Of a DNA stretch of 64,000 nucleotides, positions 19,550 to 28,527 are shown piece after piece; positions within the stretch are counted from its first letter, which is position 1, and each line of letters starts with the position of its first letter. A model generated the notes under the pieces. That model had not been told where the DNA came from, searched no databases, and saw only the letters and a list, made by a program, of their open reading frames with translations. The translations under genes and the position numbers were made by a program. This DNA is from Candidatus Woesearchaeota archaeon (GTDB lineage Archaea; Nanobdellota; Nanobdellia; Woesearchaeales; ARS49): NCBI GenBank assembly GCA_014729505.1, contig WJJS01000001.1, positions 12,938 through 76,937 on the forward strand. The letters run 5' to 3'.

Positions 19550-19936
19550 ACGGATACTGCAGAACTACGCATTAATGGAGGAATTGTCAATATTAGACAA
19601 GGACGAAGCGTTAACGTAGATCTTGACAATGATAATAAAGCCGATCTGGTCATAACGACAACTAGCGTAGAGTACAGCACACTTGGAGTGACACTGAAAA
19701 AGTACGAAAAACCAGAACCGGTCATTACAGGAGAAGCCACGACAGAGGAACCAACAACAGAACCAGAACCTGAGCCGGTTGACGAACCAGTTGTGCAACC
19801 ACAGCCCGAACCTGAAAGCGACGAGCAAGCAGAGCCCGAACCAGAACCGCAACGTTCTGTTTTGCTTTACATCGTCATTGCAGGAGTAGGTTTAGTAGGC
19901 ATTGGCATTGTGGTGTGGTACTTATTCAAAAAATAG
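19550..19936 (+). pseudogene. Fragment encoding Pro/Glu-rich linker + C-terminal TM anchor of a surface protein; different frame from 19258-19542, no ATG
   Basis: Frame-2 ORF opens right after TAA at 19547-19549: ...KPEPVITGEATTEEPTTEPEPEPVDEP...LLYIVIAGVGLVGIGIVVWYLFKK; probable disrupted surface-protein gene. Confidence 0.3.
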
Positions 19937-20002
19937 AAGGCAGGAAAACCCCTGCTCATTTTTACTTTCTTTTTTCTCAAGAGTACAAAAACCTTTAAAA
20001 AA

Positions 20003-20012
20003 GACTTGTCTT
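20003..20012 (+). promoter_or_regulatory. TATA-like box (tttaaaaaag) about 25 nt upstream of the partial tRNA-Met copy
   Basis: Seen in sequence; archaeal promoter spacing. Confidence 0.35.
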
Positions 20013-20031
20013 CTCGAATATTCCAGAAGTA

Positions 20032-20046
20032 TGGTGGCGGAGTGGC
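20032..20046 (+). repeat. Duplicated 5' fragment of the tRNA-Met locus (4 nt flank + tRNA nt 1-11)
   Basis: tggtggcggagtggc identical to 20132-20146. Confidence 0.8.
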
Positions 20047-20108
20047 ATATTCCGATGTTTTCCGCCATCGACACGGAGGTCCGATCTCGCTTGCGCGAGA
20101 TCCGACGG
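20047..20108 (+). other. Conserved structured element, copy 2
   Basis: atattCCGATGTTTTCCGCCATCGACACGGAGGTCCGATCTCGCTTGCGCGAGATCCGACGG; matches 17641-17696 with covarying stem positions. Confidence 0.5.
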
Positions 20109-20135
20109 TAGTCAAGTAACACGAGTATCATTGGT

Positions 20136-20253
20136 GGCGGAGTGGCTTAGCCTGGTTAGAGCACCGCGCTCATAGGTCATACCTTTGAGCACTGAGCTTT
20201 CGAGCTATGACGAAGAAACGCGGGGGTCACGAGTTCAAATCTCGTCTCCGCCA
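20136..20253 (+). tRNA. tRNA-Met (CAT) with ~43-nt intron at the canonical 37/38 position
   Basis: Acceptor GGCGGAG/CTCCGCC, anticodon stem CCGCG..CGCGG, loop CTCATAG, T-arm ACGAGTTCAAATCTCGT, discriminator A; intron gtcatacctttgagcactgagctttcgagctatgacgaagaaa. Confidence 0.75.
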
Positions 20254-20396
20254 CTTTTTTATGGTGGGTGAGTGTAAGCGAACCCTCCTTTTTTTTCACA
20301 TTTTTCTCAAAAATTTGGTTTATTTTTTTGTCTTTGCCACTTTTTTTGTGCTGTTGAGCGTTAGCGAGGCGCACTTGTCATTTCACAGTACCATGC

Positions 20397-20759
20397 TCAA
20401 TCCTCAAAGGGATGAGAAAAAAGACGAAGATGCTGCTCAAGTTGGTGAGGATCCCAGATTTCAAGATGCGTAGAAAAAGGAATTATTTGACAGCGATTTG
20501 TCCACGGCCATGTTTCAGGATCGGGGAATCGCAGGTACGGATTGCAGACGACTTCATAGCGTTGCAGCACATCAAGATCAGGTGTTTGTTCAATGAGGTA
20601 TTCTTGATCTTTAGTAACAAGCAAGCCCATAACGAAAGCATCTTCAAGTACGCGGCATAACGTGTTGCGACCGTACCATCGACTGCATTCTTGAGGAAGC
20701 GCCAATTTATTATTACGATACGTGATAATGGGAGATAAGGGTATTGAGCGTCTTCGCAT
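20397..20759 (-). CDS. Hypothetical protein
   Basis: ORF only; no recognisable motif. Confidence 0.25.
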   Translation of the reverse strand: MRRRSIPLSPIITYRNNKLALPQECSRWYGRNTLCRVLEDAFVMGLLVTKDQEYLIEQTPDLDVLQRYEVVCNPYLRFPDPETWPWTNRCQIIPFSTHLEIWDPHQLEQHLRLFSHPFED

Positions 20760-20866
20760 GACAATACAGACAAAAAAACGATTTATAAATGCCGCGATAA
20801 AAGGCCATTACAACCTAAACGTTTAAATAGAAAATTTGCCTAATTGGCAAAAAAGGAGGTGAATTC

Positions 20867-21232
20867 ATGGCAAAAAAACCATCAATGTGGAAGCAAGTAG
20901 GTAATTGGGCCTTTATAGGCGGTGTTATCCTTGCAGTAGTGATTGGACTATTTTCTAGTCAAGTCGGCAATCTTGGACCTACACTCACGACAGTACTCGT
21001 CATTTTAGGATTGATCGTAGGATTGCTCAATGTCCAACCAGACGAAGCACTACACTTTTTGGCAGCTGCAGTCTCAATTGTTGTCGTCGCAGAATTTGGC
21101 GGTGCAGGATTTGAGCAAGTACAAACAGTAGGACCTGCTCTATCAGGACTATTTATGTCGCTTAAGACGTTTGTCGTTCCGGCAACAGTCGTTGTGGCAT
21201 TAGCAGCACTCTTTAGTGTAGCACGAGACTAA
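20867..21232 (+). CDS. Small membrane protein (3-4 TM helices), hypothetical
   Basis: Strong SD-like aaaaggaggtga 6 nt upstream; hydrophobic helices. Confidence 0.5.
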   Translation: MAKKPSMWKQVGNWAFIGGVILAVVIGLFSSQVGNLGPTLTTVLVILGLIVGLLNVQPDEALHFLAAAVSIVVVAEFGGAGFEQVQTVGPALSGLFMSLKTFVVPATVVVALAALFSVARD

Positions 21233-21293
21233 GTCTCGTCTTTTTCTTTTTCTTTTCATAACATTTTTAAGGAGTATATTTGACTTGCAGATC

Positions 21294-22355
21294 ATGGTTT
21301 ATTCGCTAGTCAGACCGCTGCTTTTTCGCATGGACGCAGAAAAAGTACATCATCGCCTCGTCAGGTTAGGAACGATGCTCCAACAAGTTCCCCTCGTCTT
21401 GCCGGTGCTTCGCAGTATCTTCACGTATCAGCATCCCGCACTACACGTACAAGTGGACGGCGTAGCGTATGAAAACCCGATAGGGTTAGCAGCAGGTTTT
21501 GACAAAAACGGCGAAATACCTCGATTTATGAGCAGTTTTGGTTTTGGACACGTAGAAATAGGCTCTGTGACAAGTAAACAACACACAGGCAATCCAAAAC
21601 CGCGAGTGCATCGCGTAATAGAAGAACAAGCATTAGTTATCAATTATGGACTAGCAAATCACGGTGCTGCAACAGTAAAACGACGAATAGCAGCGTATGA
21701 TGAAAAGATGCCTATTGGAATTAGCATCGCAAAGACACCCCGCGTAGGAGGAGAACAAGGGATACGCGATTACGCACAATCATTTAGAGATCTATCCATG
21801 CATGGAACGTATACGACGATAAACATCAGTTGTCCAAATGTGGCAGACGGAGAAACGTATGGAGAGAATCCCCGATTATTGCGATCTTTATTGCAAACAC
21901 TCTCAAAAGAAAAAATCGTCTCACCCGTATATCTCAAACTCAAACCAGATTATTCGCACAAACAAATCGATGACATACTCGAGGTTATCAATTCGTTTCC
22001 GTTTGTAAAAGGAGTAATCATCGGCAATCTCACAAAAGAACGAAAAGGGGCAGTCGCGAAAAGAACAGAGTCGGGCGGTATCAGCGGAAAACCAACTAGA
22101 AACAAAAGCACAGCATTAATACGATACGTCTACAAGAAAACAAATGGTCAACTCACCATTATTGGGTGCGGCGGTATCTTTACTGCCCAAGACGCGTATG
22201 ACAAAATAACATCCGGAGCAAGCATGTTACAACTCATAACGGGCATGATCTATTTAGGACCTAGCACCATAAGAAACATCAATAAAGGGCTTGTTACACT
22301 GCTCGAACAAGACGGATTTAAAAGCATCACCGAAGCAACAGGTTCGCGAGCGTGA
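21294..22355 (+). CDS. pyrD: Dihydroorotate dehydrogenase, class 2 (quinone-dependent, N-terminal membrane-association extension)
   Basis: ENPIGLAAGFDKNGE, GFGHVEIGSVT, IIGCGGI motifs; ATG at 21294 preferred over TTG at 21285. Confidence 0.8.
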   Translation: MVYSLVRPLLFRMDAEKVHHRLVRLGTMLQQVPLVLPVLRSIFTYQHPALHVQVDGVAYENPIGLAAGFDKNGEIPRFMSSFGFGHVEIGSVTSKQHTGNPKPRVHRVIEEQALVINYGLANHGAATVKRRIAAYDEKMPIGISIAKTPRVGGEQGIRDYAQSFRDLSMHGTYTTINISCPNVADGETYGENPRLLRSLLQTLSKEKIVSPVYLKLKPDYSHKQIDDILEVINSFPFVKGVIIGNLTKERKGAVAKRTESGGISGKPTRNKSTALIRYVYKKTNGQLTIIGCGGIFTAQDAYDKITSGASMLQLITGMIYLGPSTIRNINKGLVTLLEQDGFKSITEATGSRA

Positions 22356-22413
22356 AAGAAAACCACGTTCAAATCCGTAAACTTCTTAACTGGGGCATTT
22401 TATGTGCATATAT

Positions 22414-22462
22414 GCCGACGTCGCATACTCTGCGTATCGATGTTTTCCGCCATCGACACGGA
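22414..22462 (+). other. Duplicated 5' 14 nt of tRNA-Ser followed by conserved element core (CGATGTTTTCCGCCATCGACACGGA), copy 3
   Basis: gccgacgtcgcata then ctctgcgtatCGATGTTTTCCGCCATCGACACGGA; identical core to 20054-20078. Confidence 0.5.
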
Positions 22463-22539
22463 CGCGCGGCATTCGCTATTGCTCAGCCCCGCAAGACACA
22501 AATCTTAAAAGGCAGTTCCTTTGTTACTCACTTATTCTT

Positions 22540-22718
22540 GCCGACGTCGCATAATCTGGTACGCTAAAAAACGCATTAGCGTTTTTGGCGCGCCGAAAAG
22601 CTTTGCTTTTCTCGCGTTGCGCCGGTCTTGAAAACCGGTTCCCTTGGGTGCTCGAAAATCTGCGATTTTCGGCACGTACAAAAGCTGACGCTTTTGTCCG
22701 TATCCCGTTTCAAATCCG
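22540..22718 (+). pseudogene. Pseudo-tRNA-Ser: nt 1-22, ~56-nt insertion, anticodon arm + variable arm start, ~51-nt insertion, degenerate T-arm lacking 3' acceptor
   Basis: Segments 22540-22561, 22618-22649, 22701-22718 match the intact tRNA-Ser at 22756; no complementary 3' acceptor strand. Confidence 0.45.
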
Positions 22719-22755
22719 TAAACTTCTTAACTAGTGGCATTTCATGCGCATATAT

Positions 22756-22837
22756 GCCGACGTCGCATAATCTGGTATTGCGCCGGTCTTGAAAACCGGT
22801 TCCCTTGGGTATCCCGGTTCAAATCCGGGCGTCGGCG
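22756..22837 (+). tRNA. tRNA-Ser (TGA), type II with long variable arm
   Basis: Acceptor GCCGACG/CGTCGGC, 3-bp D stem, anticodon stem CCGGT/ACCGG loop CTTGAAA, variable arm TTCCCTTGGGTAT, T-arm CCCGGTTCAAATCCGGG, discriminator G. Confidence 0.85.
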
Positions 22838-22891
22838 TTTCTATGACGCGAAAGCGTCATCCCATTTTTGAAGTAGTGATTTGAACCGGGG
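22833..22891 (+). repeat. 59-nt direct repeat copy 1 (last 5 nt of tRNA-Ser + 54 nt trailer); second copy at 23751-23809
   Basis: Exact match cggcgtttctatgacgcgaaagcgtcatcccatttttgaagtagtgatttgaaccgggg. Confidence 0.8.
22841..22868 (+). terminator. Perfect hairpin ATGACGC-gaaa-GCGTCAT followed by cccattttt T-run, 3' of tRNA-Ser
   Basis: Seen directly. Confidence 0.4.
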
Positions 22892-23068
22892 CCAGTCAAG
22901 CTTTGCTTGACGTTGTCCTGGTTTCAAATCCGGGCGTCGGCGTTGTGGGCGCGTTAGCGCTCTTTTTTGTTGTTGTGATTTGAACCGGGGCCAGTCAAGC
23001 TTTGCTTGACGTTGTCCTGGTTTCAAATCCGGGTGTCGGCGTTGTGGGCGCGTTAGCGCTCTTTTTTT
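22876..23068 (+). repeat. Tandem direct repeat, 2 x ~99 nt, each containing inverted repeat GATTTGAACCGG...CCTGGTTTCAAATC and a tRNA-Ser 3'-end-like segment (cctggtttcaaatccgggcgtcggcg)
   Basis: Units 22876-22974 and 22975-23068 nearly identical (one g/t difference). Confidence 0.8.
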
Positions 23069-23135
23069 GATTGCTGCATCATTTCGAATCTAAACCATAA
23101 CCTTTATAAACTATGGCCACTATAGTAACTATAGT

Positions 23136-23336
23136 ATGCCAACAACTATCCAACTCAGCAAAGAAACCAAGAAGCTAATAAGCACGTTTGGTTCCAAAGA
23201 AGATACTTACGACACGATAATTAGAAGACTGTACAAATTAGCTGTTAAGGAGCAACTGAAAGAATTCTTGCTCTCATCAGAAGGAACAATGCCGATAGAT
23301 GAGGCGATTAAGAAAGCCAAGAAAAAATGGCAATAG
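23136..23336 (+). CDS. Putative ribbon-helix-helix (CopG-like) antitoxin
   Basis: N-terminal TIQLSKETKKLI beta-strand-then-helix pattern of RHH proteins; 66 aa; overlaps downstream gene by 10 nt. Confidence 0.35.
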   Translation: MPTTIQLSKETKKLISTFGSKEDTYDTIIRRLYKLAVKEQLKEFLLSSEGTMPIDEAIKKAKKKWQ

Positions 23337-23668
23337 TAGAGATTACGAAAACACTCTATGAACAGATAGATCGAAAATTCAAAGGAAAAAGTGTCAAAGT
23401 ATTACAACATTTGAAATCATTAGAAGAATCGCCAAAGAAAGGAAAACTCCTAGGAACCATAGGAGGAATAGTGATTAAAGAAGTAAAGTATGAAGGTTTC
23501 AGATTTTATTTCATCACCGACGGATTCAAACTCAAATATACCTCCTCTGAAGATCTTACCGACTTACTTTTGCGGGTTGTAAGAATGTCAGATAAGAAAC
23601 ATCAGCAACAGACTATCGACGAGATCAAACAGATTCTACTAACCATCGGTGTTGAAGGTTTGACTTGA
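23327..23668 (+). CDS. Putative RelE/ParE-family toxin
   Basis: KKGKLLGTIGG-IVIKEVKYEGFRFYFITDG and LLLRVVRMSDKK resemble the RelE/ParE G..L.G.L.G....R.G.YRiiY..d...i.il.i.hR pattern; 113 aa. Confidence 0.35.
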   Translation: MAIVEITKTLYEQIDRKFKGKSVKVLQHLKSLEESPKKGKLLGTIGGIVIKEVKYEGFRFYFITDGFKLKYTSSEDLTDLLLRVVRMSDKKHQQQTIDEIKQILLTIGVEGLT

Positions 23669-23750
23669 TAGCCTTCCTTGGCTTGATGTAATGCAAACCG
23701 CATGCACAGGTAAAAAATAACTCAAAAGAAGCCCAGAACCAACCATACAC

Positions 23751-23809
23751 CGGCGTTTCTATGACGCGAAAGCGTCATCCCATTTTTGAAGTAGTGATTT
23801 GAACCGGGG
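23751..23809 (+). repeat. 59-nt direct repeat copy 2
   Basis: Exact match to 22833-22891. Confidence 0.8.
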
Positions 23810-23854
23810 ATCTTTGCTTGGCAGTATGCTGATGAAAATACGGCGTTTCAAGAA

Positions 23855-24286
23855 TTATATCAAACCAGTAATTGCTGCAGAGACAAAGAAAATGATGAGG
23901 AAAAAACCAAGCATAATCACATTTGCAGCGATCATGAACCCGAGCCAGACAAGACCGACAAGAGCGCCCTTACCGTAATCAACATGCAACATCCACGAAG
24001 GCAAAAGCAAATACAACGCGAGCTGTACGATCATACCAATAGCACTGATAATGATACTTGCAAACGAGCCCACATTCATAGCAAGCAATCCTATAAGAGC
24101 ACTGAACACGCCAAGAATCAGCGCAGGCCACAACGATTGCACATACGTTCGCGGCACATGAAAAATCTTCGCACTCAACCACAACAGCAAGGCACTAAGA
24201 GGAGTAAAGATAACAAAAACAACAAGAGAGACAATAAGTGTTCCAAGAAAACTCAGGTATGGCAGCTGAGGCTCAACGATCGTCAT
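23855..24286 (-). CDS. Membrane protein (4 TM), hypothetical
   Basis: Hydrophobic helices. Confidence 0.45.
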   Translation of the reverse strand: MTIVEPQLPYLSFLGTLIVSLVVFVIFTPLSALLLWLSAKIFHVPRTYVQSLWPALILGVFSALIGLLAMNVGSFASIIISAIGMIVQLALYLLLPSWMLHVDYGKGALVGLVWLGFMIAANVIMLGFFLIIFFVSAAITGLI

Positions 24287-24382
24287 AGTAGTGGAAAGCA
24301 GACGTCACATAAAAACTTTGCTAGAGAACATTCTAGATCTATAACTATTGTACACTGCTCGAAAAACAATGAAGATCACGTT

Positions 24383-24625
24383 TCACTCGATATCCTCATC
24401 AGCTAACAACGCTGGTTCAGTAAAACCCTGCAGCATATCAAGAATCTGAATAATATAATCCTCGTCCACCTCAGTAAACTCATTACCCTGCATACTGTCA
24501 AGAAAATCCTGAAATAATTTAAAAATCTGAGCCTTTTTCATACCTTTCTCAGACAAATCAAGAACTACTTGCTGCAAAGCTTGCAGAGGGTCAGCAGAAC
24601 GAAGAGCGTTTTTTATTTGTCGCAT
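24383..24625 (-). CDS. Small acidic hypothetical protein downstream of S10
   Basis: ORF in operon context. Confidence 0.3.
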   Translation of the reverse strand: MRQIKNALRSADPLQALQQVVLDLSEKGMKKAQIFKLFQDFLDSMQGNEFTEVDEDYIIQILDMLQGFTEPALLADEDIE

Positions 24626-24939
24626 TAGACATCAATCATTTCGATTTCAATCTTTACAGATTCTGCGGGAATTTGAATACGCATAACGAGTCGCAAAGCG
24701 CGCTCATCAAGACCAAGATCGATTAATCGCTTGAAAATACGCATTTCATAGCGTTCCCACGTCGCAGTACCATCACCAGAAGTTGCCTTACGGGTAGTCA
24801 GACGAAGTTTCTTAGTAGGAAGAGGTACGGGCCCGCGCATTTCTGCACCGGTTTTTTCAGCTATATCAGAGATTGCCTTGCAGATATCGTTCAACTTGTC
24901 GATATCGATACTGGTTAGTTTTATTCGGGCCTTTTGCAT
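24625..24939 (-). CDS. rps10: Ribosomal protein uS10 (start at MQKARIKL)
   Basis: RIKLTSIDIDKLNDICKAI...GPVPLPTKKLRLTTRK...THKRLIDL pattern of S10. Confidence 0.85.
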   Translation of the reverse strand: MQKARIKLTSIDIDKLNDICKAISDIAEKTGAEMRGPVPLPTKKLRLTTRKATSGDGTATWERYEMRIFKRLIDLGLDERALRLVMRIQIPAESVKIEIEMIDV

Positions 24940-24965
24940 GGTAAACAAAAAAATAAAAGGGCTAT

Positions 24966-26255
24966 TTAAGCCTTTTTAACAAGATCAACACAGACGCCAG
25001 CAGCGACTGTCTTACCACTGTCACGAACAGCAAAGCGGGACAATTTTGGATTGTCCTTTTGCGTCTCAATGACCAACGCTTGTACCGGCTTGAACTTGAT
25101 GATCGCAATGTCTCCATTCTTGACAAAATCAGGCTTTTCCTGAAGCGTCTCACCAGTAGCAGGGTTTAGTGTCTTTACGATCTCTGTTACTCTACACGCG
25201 ACCTGAGCCGTGTGAATGTGGAACACAGGTGTGTAGCCGATAGTGATCACAGATGGGTGATCCATTACCACTACTTGACCGGTAAACTCCGTAGCAACTG
25301 TAGGCGGATTGTCTGTATGTCCTAGCACATCTCCACGAGCGATATCCTTAATACCAATACCACGAACGGAGAATCCAACATTATCGCCGGGCAGAGCCTT
25401 TTGCATTTGCTGGTGGTGCATCTCAATGGACTTACACTCTCCAGTCACTCCCTTACCTTCACGACCAGGAGTTACAATAACCTTATCACCGACCTTCATT
25501 ACTCCAGTCTCAACTTTACCAACGGGAACAACGCCAATACCCTTGATGTTATACACGTCTTGCAAAGGCAAGCGGAGAGGAAGATCCGTAGGTTTTTCAG
25601 GAACATTCAAACTGTTCAATGCGTCAAGCAGTGTCTTACCCTGGTACCAAGGCATCTTGTCAGATTTCTTGACAACATTATCGCCTTTTAGAGAAGCAAT
25701 AGCAACAAATTGTACGTCGTCAACCTTCCAACCGGCTGTCGTTAGAGTCTTCTTGACATCTTCAACAACCTTCTTGAACTTGTCTTCAGAGTACTCAACT
25801 CCGCTGATATCCATTTTGTTAACAGCAACGATAAGCTGGCTAACGCCAAGGATCTTTGACAATCGGGAATGCTCAATCGTTTGAGCATTAACACCGTCAT
25901 TAGCAGCGACAACAAGCACGGCAGCATCCGCTTGAGATGTTCCCGTAATCATGTTTTTGACAAAATCCCTGTGTCCAGGAGCGTCAATGATCGTAAAATA
26001 GAACTTGTCTGATTTGAATTCTTTGTGCGCAAGATCGATAGTTACACCGCGCTCCTGCTCTTCCTTTAATCCATCCATAACAAAAGCAAACTCAAAACCG
26101 CCCTTACCGAGCTGTTCAGCTTTCTCTTTGAGTTTACGCATTGCTTGCTCATCAATGTTTCCACTATCGAAAAGCAATCGTCCAACCGTCGTGGACTTTC
26201 CGTGGTCAACGTGTCCAATGAACACGAGATTCATGTGTGGTTTATCTTCAGCCAT
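24966..26255 (-). CDS. tuf: Translation elongation factor 1-alpha (aEF-1A)
   Basis: [28 protein letters not shown]-domain motifs; 429 aa. Confidence 0.95.
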   Translation of the reverse strand: MAEDKPHMNLVFIGHVDHGKSTTVGRLLFDSGNIDEQAMRKLKEKAEQLGKGGFEFAFVMDGLKEEQERGVTIDLAHKEFKSDKFYFTIIDAPGHRDFVKNMITGTSQADAAVLVVAANDGVNAQTIEHSRLSKILGVSQLIVAVNKMDISGVEYSEDKFKKVVEDVKKTLTTAGWKVDDVQFVAIASLKGDNVVKKSDKMPWYQGKTLLDALNSLNVPEKPTDLPLRLPLQDVYNIKGIGVVPVGKVETGVMKVGDKVIVTPGREGKGVTGECKSIEMHHQQMQKALPGDNVGFSVRGIGIKDIARGDVLGHTDNPPTVATEFTGQVVVMDHPSVITIGYTPVFHIHTAQVACRVTEIVKTLNPATGETLQEKPDFVKNGDIAIIKFKPVQALVIETQKDNPKLSRFAVRDSGKTVAAGVCVDLVKKA

Positions 26256-26346
26256 TGTAAGTTACCCCCTCTTCTCTTGAGTATACCTGAAAAGATTTTA
26301 TGACCCTATATAAATGTTACTGTTAATGTGAGATGCTCTTCTCGTC

Positions 26347-28515
26347 CTATTGCGCGTCGGTCAAACCCTTTCTCTCACGGATTTGTTTGACAACCTTGTC
26401 CTGCAATTCTCCTGGGAGCCGTTCAAAGACCTGATCGACGAGAGAACTGTTTCCACGACCGCCAGTCGCACTACGCAATTCTGAACTCCATCCAAACATC
26501 TCGGCGACAGGAAGCTTTGCACGAATCATCACCATAATATTCTCCTGATTCATATCAAGCAATTGTCCGCGTTTGTTACTGATCAATTTACTGACATCGC
26601 CCATATGCTCGACGGGAGCATCGATTTGGTGAATTTGCTTAGGTTCGTAAAGCACAGGAGTTGCCGCCATGATAGCCTGACGAATACCGTCGCGAACAGC
26701 AGGATACATCTGCGCAGGACCGCGGTGGATCGCATCCTCGTGAAGCTTTGCATCCATCAAAGAAACCTTCACTTTAACACAAGGCTCTCGCGCAACAGGA
26801 CCTGCATTCATAACATCTTCAAACATGTCAAGAACCATTTCCATAATCTCGTTAATCTGCACAATTCCTCTCGTCAAATCAAGAAAGACACAACCGTTAT
26901 GGATATCCTTAACACTCAATGCAACCTTGTTATCCCAACCGCAAGCAACAAGCACGTCACGCATTTCCAGATCTTTCTTTTTAACGCGACCTTCACTAAT
27001 CTTACCTTCTCTGATAGCATCAATAACTTCTTGTTCGAGAGGTTCAACCTTGAAGTACAACTTGTTGTGCTTATTAGGAGATTTTCCTTCAAAAGTATCA
27101 GATTCTCTTGTAACATTTTCACGATACACGACGATAGGAGGACTAGTTTTTACCTCAACACCCTTCTCAGACTTAATACGATTCTCAATAATTTCAAGAT
27201 GCAATTCTCCCATGCCGTGAATCAAGTGTTCGCCTGTCTCCTCATTGATCTCGACTTTAAGCGTAGGATCCTCCTTGACAACCATTCTCAACACTTCAAT
27301 AAGTTTTGGAAGATCGCTAGGTTTTTTTGCCTCAATAGCTTTAGAGACAACAGGCTCAAAAATGTGTGTGATCTCTTCAAAAGGCTCGGTAGGTTCTGTA
27401 GTAATCGTCTCACCAGGAAACGCTTTGACGCCAGCCAAACCAATAACATTACCAGCAGGACTACTCGGCACAATATCACGCTTTGCACCATTAAAGACAA
27501 AAACCTGCTGAATACGACTGGGCATCTTGGCGCGATTCAAATATACACTATCGCCTTTACTAATAGTGCCGGAAAAAATGCGACCACAGGAAATCTCACC
27601 AGCCTGAGGATCGACGACAACCTTAGTGATACAAATAAAAGTAGGCCCTTTTGGATTTGCTGCAAGAAGAGACTTGCCCTCCTCACTTTCAAGATCTCCC
27701 TTCCACAATTTAGGAATGCGATATTTTTGAGCCTGCGTAGGACTTGGATGATGTCGAATACACATGTTAAGAATCACTTCATGAATAGGTGCTTTTTTCT
27801 GCAAGACCTTATACGCTTCACCGCCCTGTTCATATGCATCAATAATATCCTTAAACCCAATATTATTTCTTTGCATATACGGAACTGAAAGTGCCCAATT
27901 ATGAAATGCACTGCCAAAAGCAACAGTACCATTTTGTACATCAACCTGCCACTCCTTCTTATATTCTGCAGGAGCAATGTTTGCGATAAGCTTATTCACT
28001 TCACCAATCACCTTCAAAAAACGCTCCTGCATTTTGTCAGGGGCAAGCTGCAATTCCTTTATCAAACGATCAACCTTATTGATGAACAAAACAGGCTTAA
28101 CACGCTCTTTTAGAGCCTGACGCAAAACCGTCTCGGTTTGAGGCATAATACCCTCAACAGCACACACAAGAACAATCGCACCGTCAATAGCGCGCATAGC
28201 ACGCGTTACGTCACCGCCAAAATCAACGTGACCCGGCGTATCAATAAGATTAATCAAATATTCCTTGCCATCAAACTGATGCACCATTGACACTGCAGCA
28301 CTATCAATAGTAATACCACGAGCCTTTTCATCCTCATGAAAATCAAGAGCGCAAGCCTTACCAGCGAGTAACTCACTCATCATGCCAGCTCCCGCTAAGA
28401 GATTATCAGAAAATGTAGTCTTACCGTGATCAATGTGAGCACAAGTACAAATATTACGGATTTGATCGGGCTTGCTAGAAATTTCTGCAACCCTTTCTGA
28501 CATCTTTTTAGCCAT
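26347..28515 (-). CDS. fusA: Translation elongation factor 2 (aEF-2)
   Basis: AHIDHGKTTFSDNLL, DTPGHVDF, NKVDRL; diphthamide-region HRGPAQ; 722 aa. Confidence 0.95.
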   Translation of the reverse strand: MAKKMSERVAEISSKPDQIRNICTCAHIDHGKTTFSDNLLAGAGMMSELLAGKACALDFHEDEKARGITIDSAAVSMVHQFDGKEYLINLIDTPGHVDFGGDVTRAMRAIDGAIVLVCAVEGIMPQTETVLRQALKERVKPVLFINKVDRLIKELQLAPDKMQERFLKVIGEVNKLIANIAPAEYKKEWQVDVQNGTVAFGSAFHNWALSVPYMQRNNIGFKDIIDAYEQGGEAYKVLQKKAPIHEVILNMCIRHHPSPTQAQKYRIPKLWKGDLESEEGKSLLAANPKGPTFICITKVVVDPQAGEISCGRIFSGTISKGDSVYLNRAKMPSRIQQVFVFNGAKRDIVPSSPAGNVIGLAGVKAFPGETITTEPTEPFEEITHIFEPVVSKAIEAKKPSDLPKLIEVLRMVVKEDPTLKVEINEETGEHLIHGMGELHLEIIENRIKSEKGVEVKTSPPIVVYRENVTRESDTFEGKSPNKHNKLYFKVEPLEQEVIDAIREGKISEGRVKKKDLEMRDVLVACGWDNKVALSVKDIHNGCVFLDLTRGIVQINEIMEMVLDMFEDVMNAGPVAREPCVKVKVSLMDAKLHEDAIHRGPAQMYPAVRDGIRQAIMAATPVLYEPKQIHQIDAPVEHMGDVSKLISNKRGQLLDMNQENIMVMIRAKLPVAEMFGWSSELRSATGGRGNSSLVDQVFERLPGELQDKVVKQIRERKGLTDAQ

Positions 28516-28527
28516 AGTCTATCACCT

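Larger units (their letters stand above)
22892..23750 (+). mobile_element. Remnant of tRNA-Ser-integrated element bounded by 59-nt direct repeats; carries tandem att-like repeats and a two-gene RHH/RelE-like cassette
   Basis: Flanking direct repeats 22833-22891 / 23751-23809; tRNA 3'-end duplications typical of integrase-mediated insertion; no integrase gene present (degraded). Confidence 0.4.

Noticed and set aside
22876-23068. Possible CRISPR array
   Set aside because: Only two copies of a ~99-nt tandem unit, with no short spacers or leader. The units contain tRNA-Ser-derived sequence and fit att-site duplication better.
26563-27888. 441-aa plus-strand ORF antisense to EF-2
   Set aside because: Low-complexity translation with no motifs. 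It lies opposite a highly conserved gene and is a typical antisense artefact.
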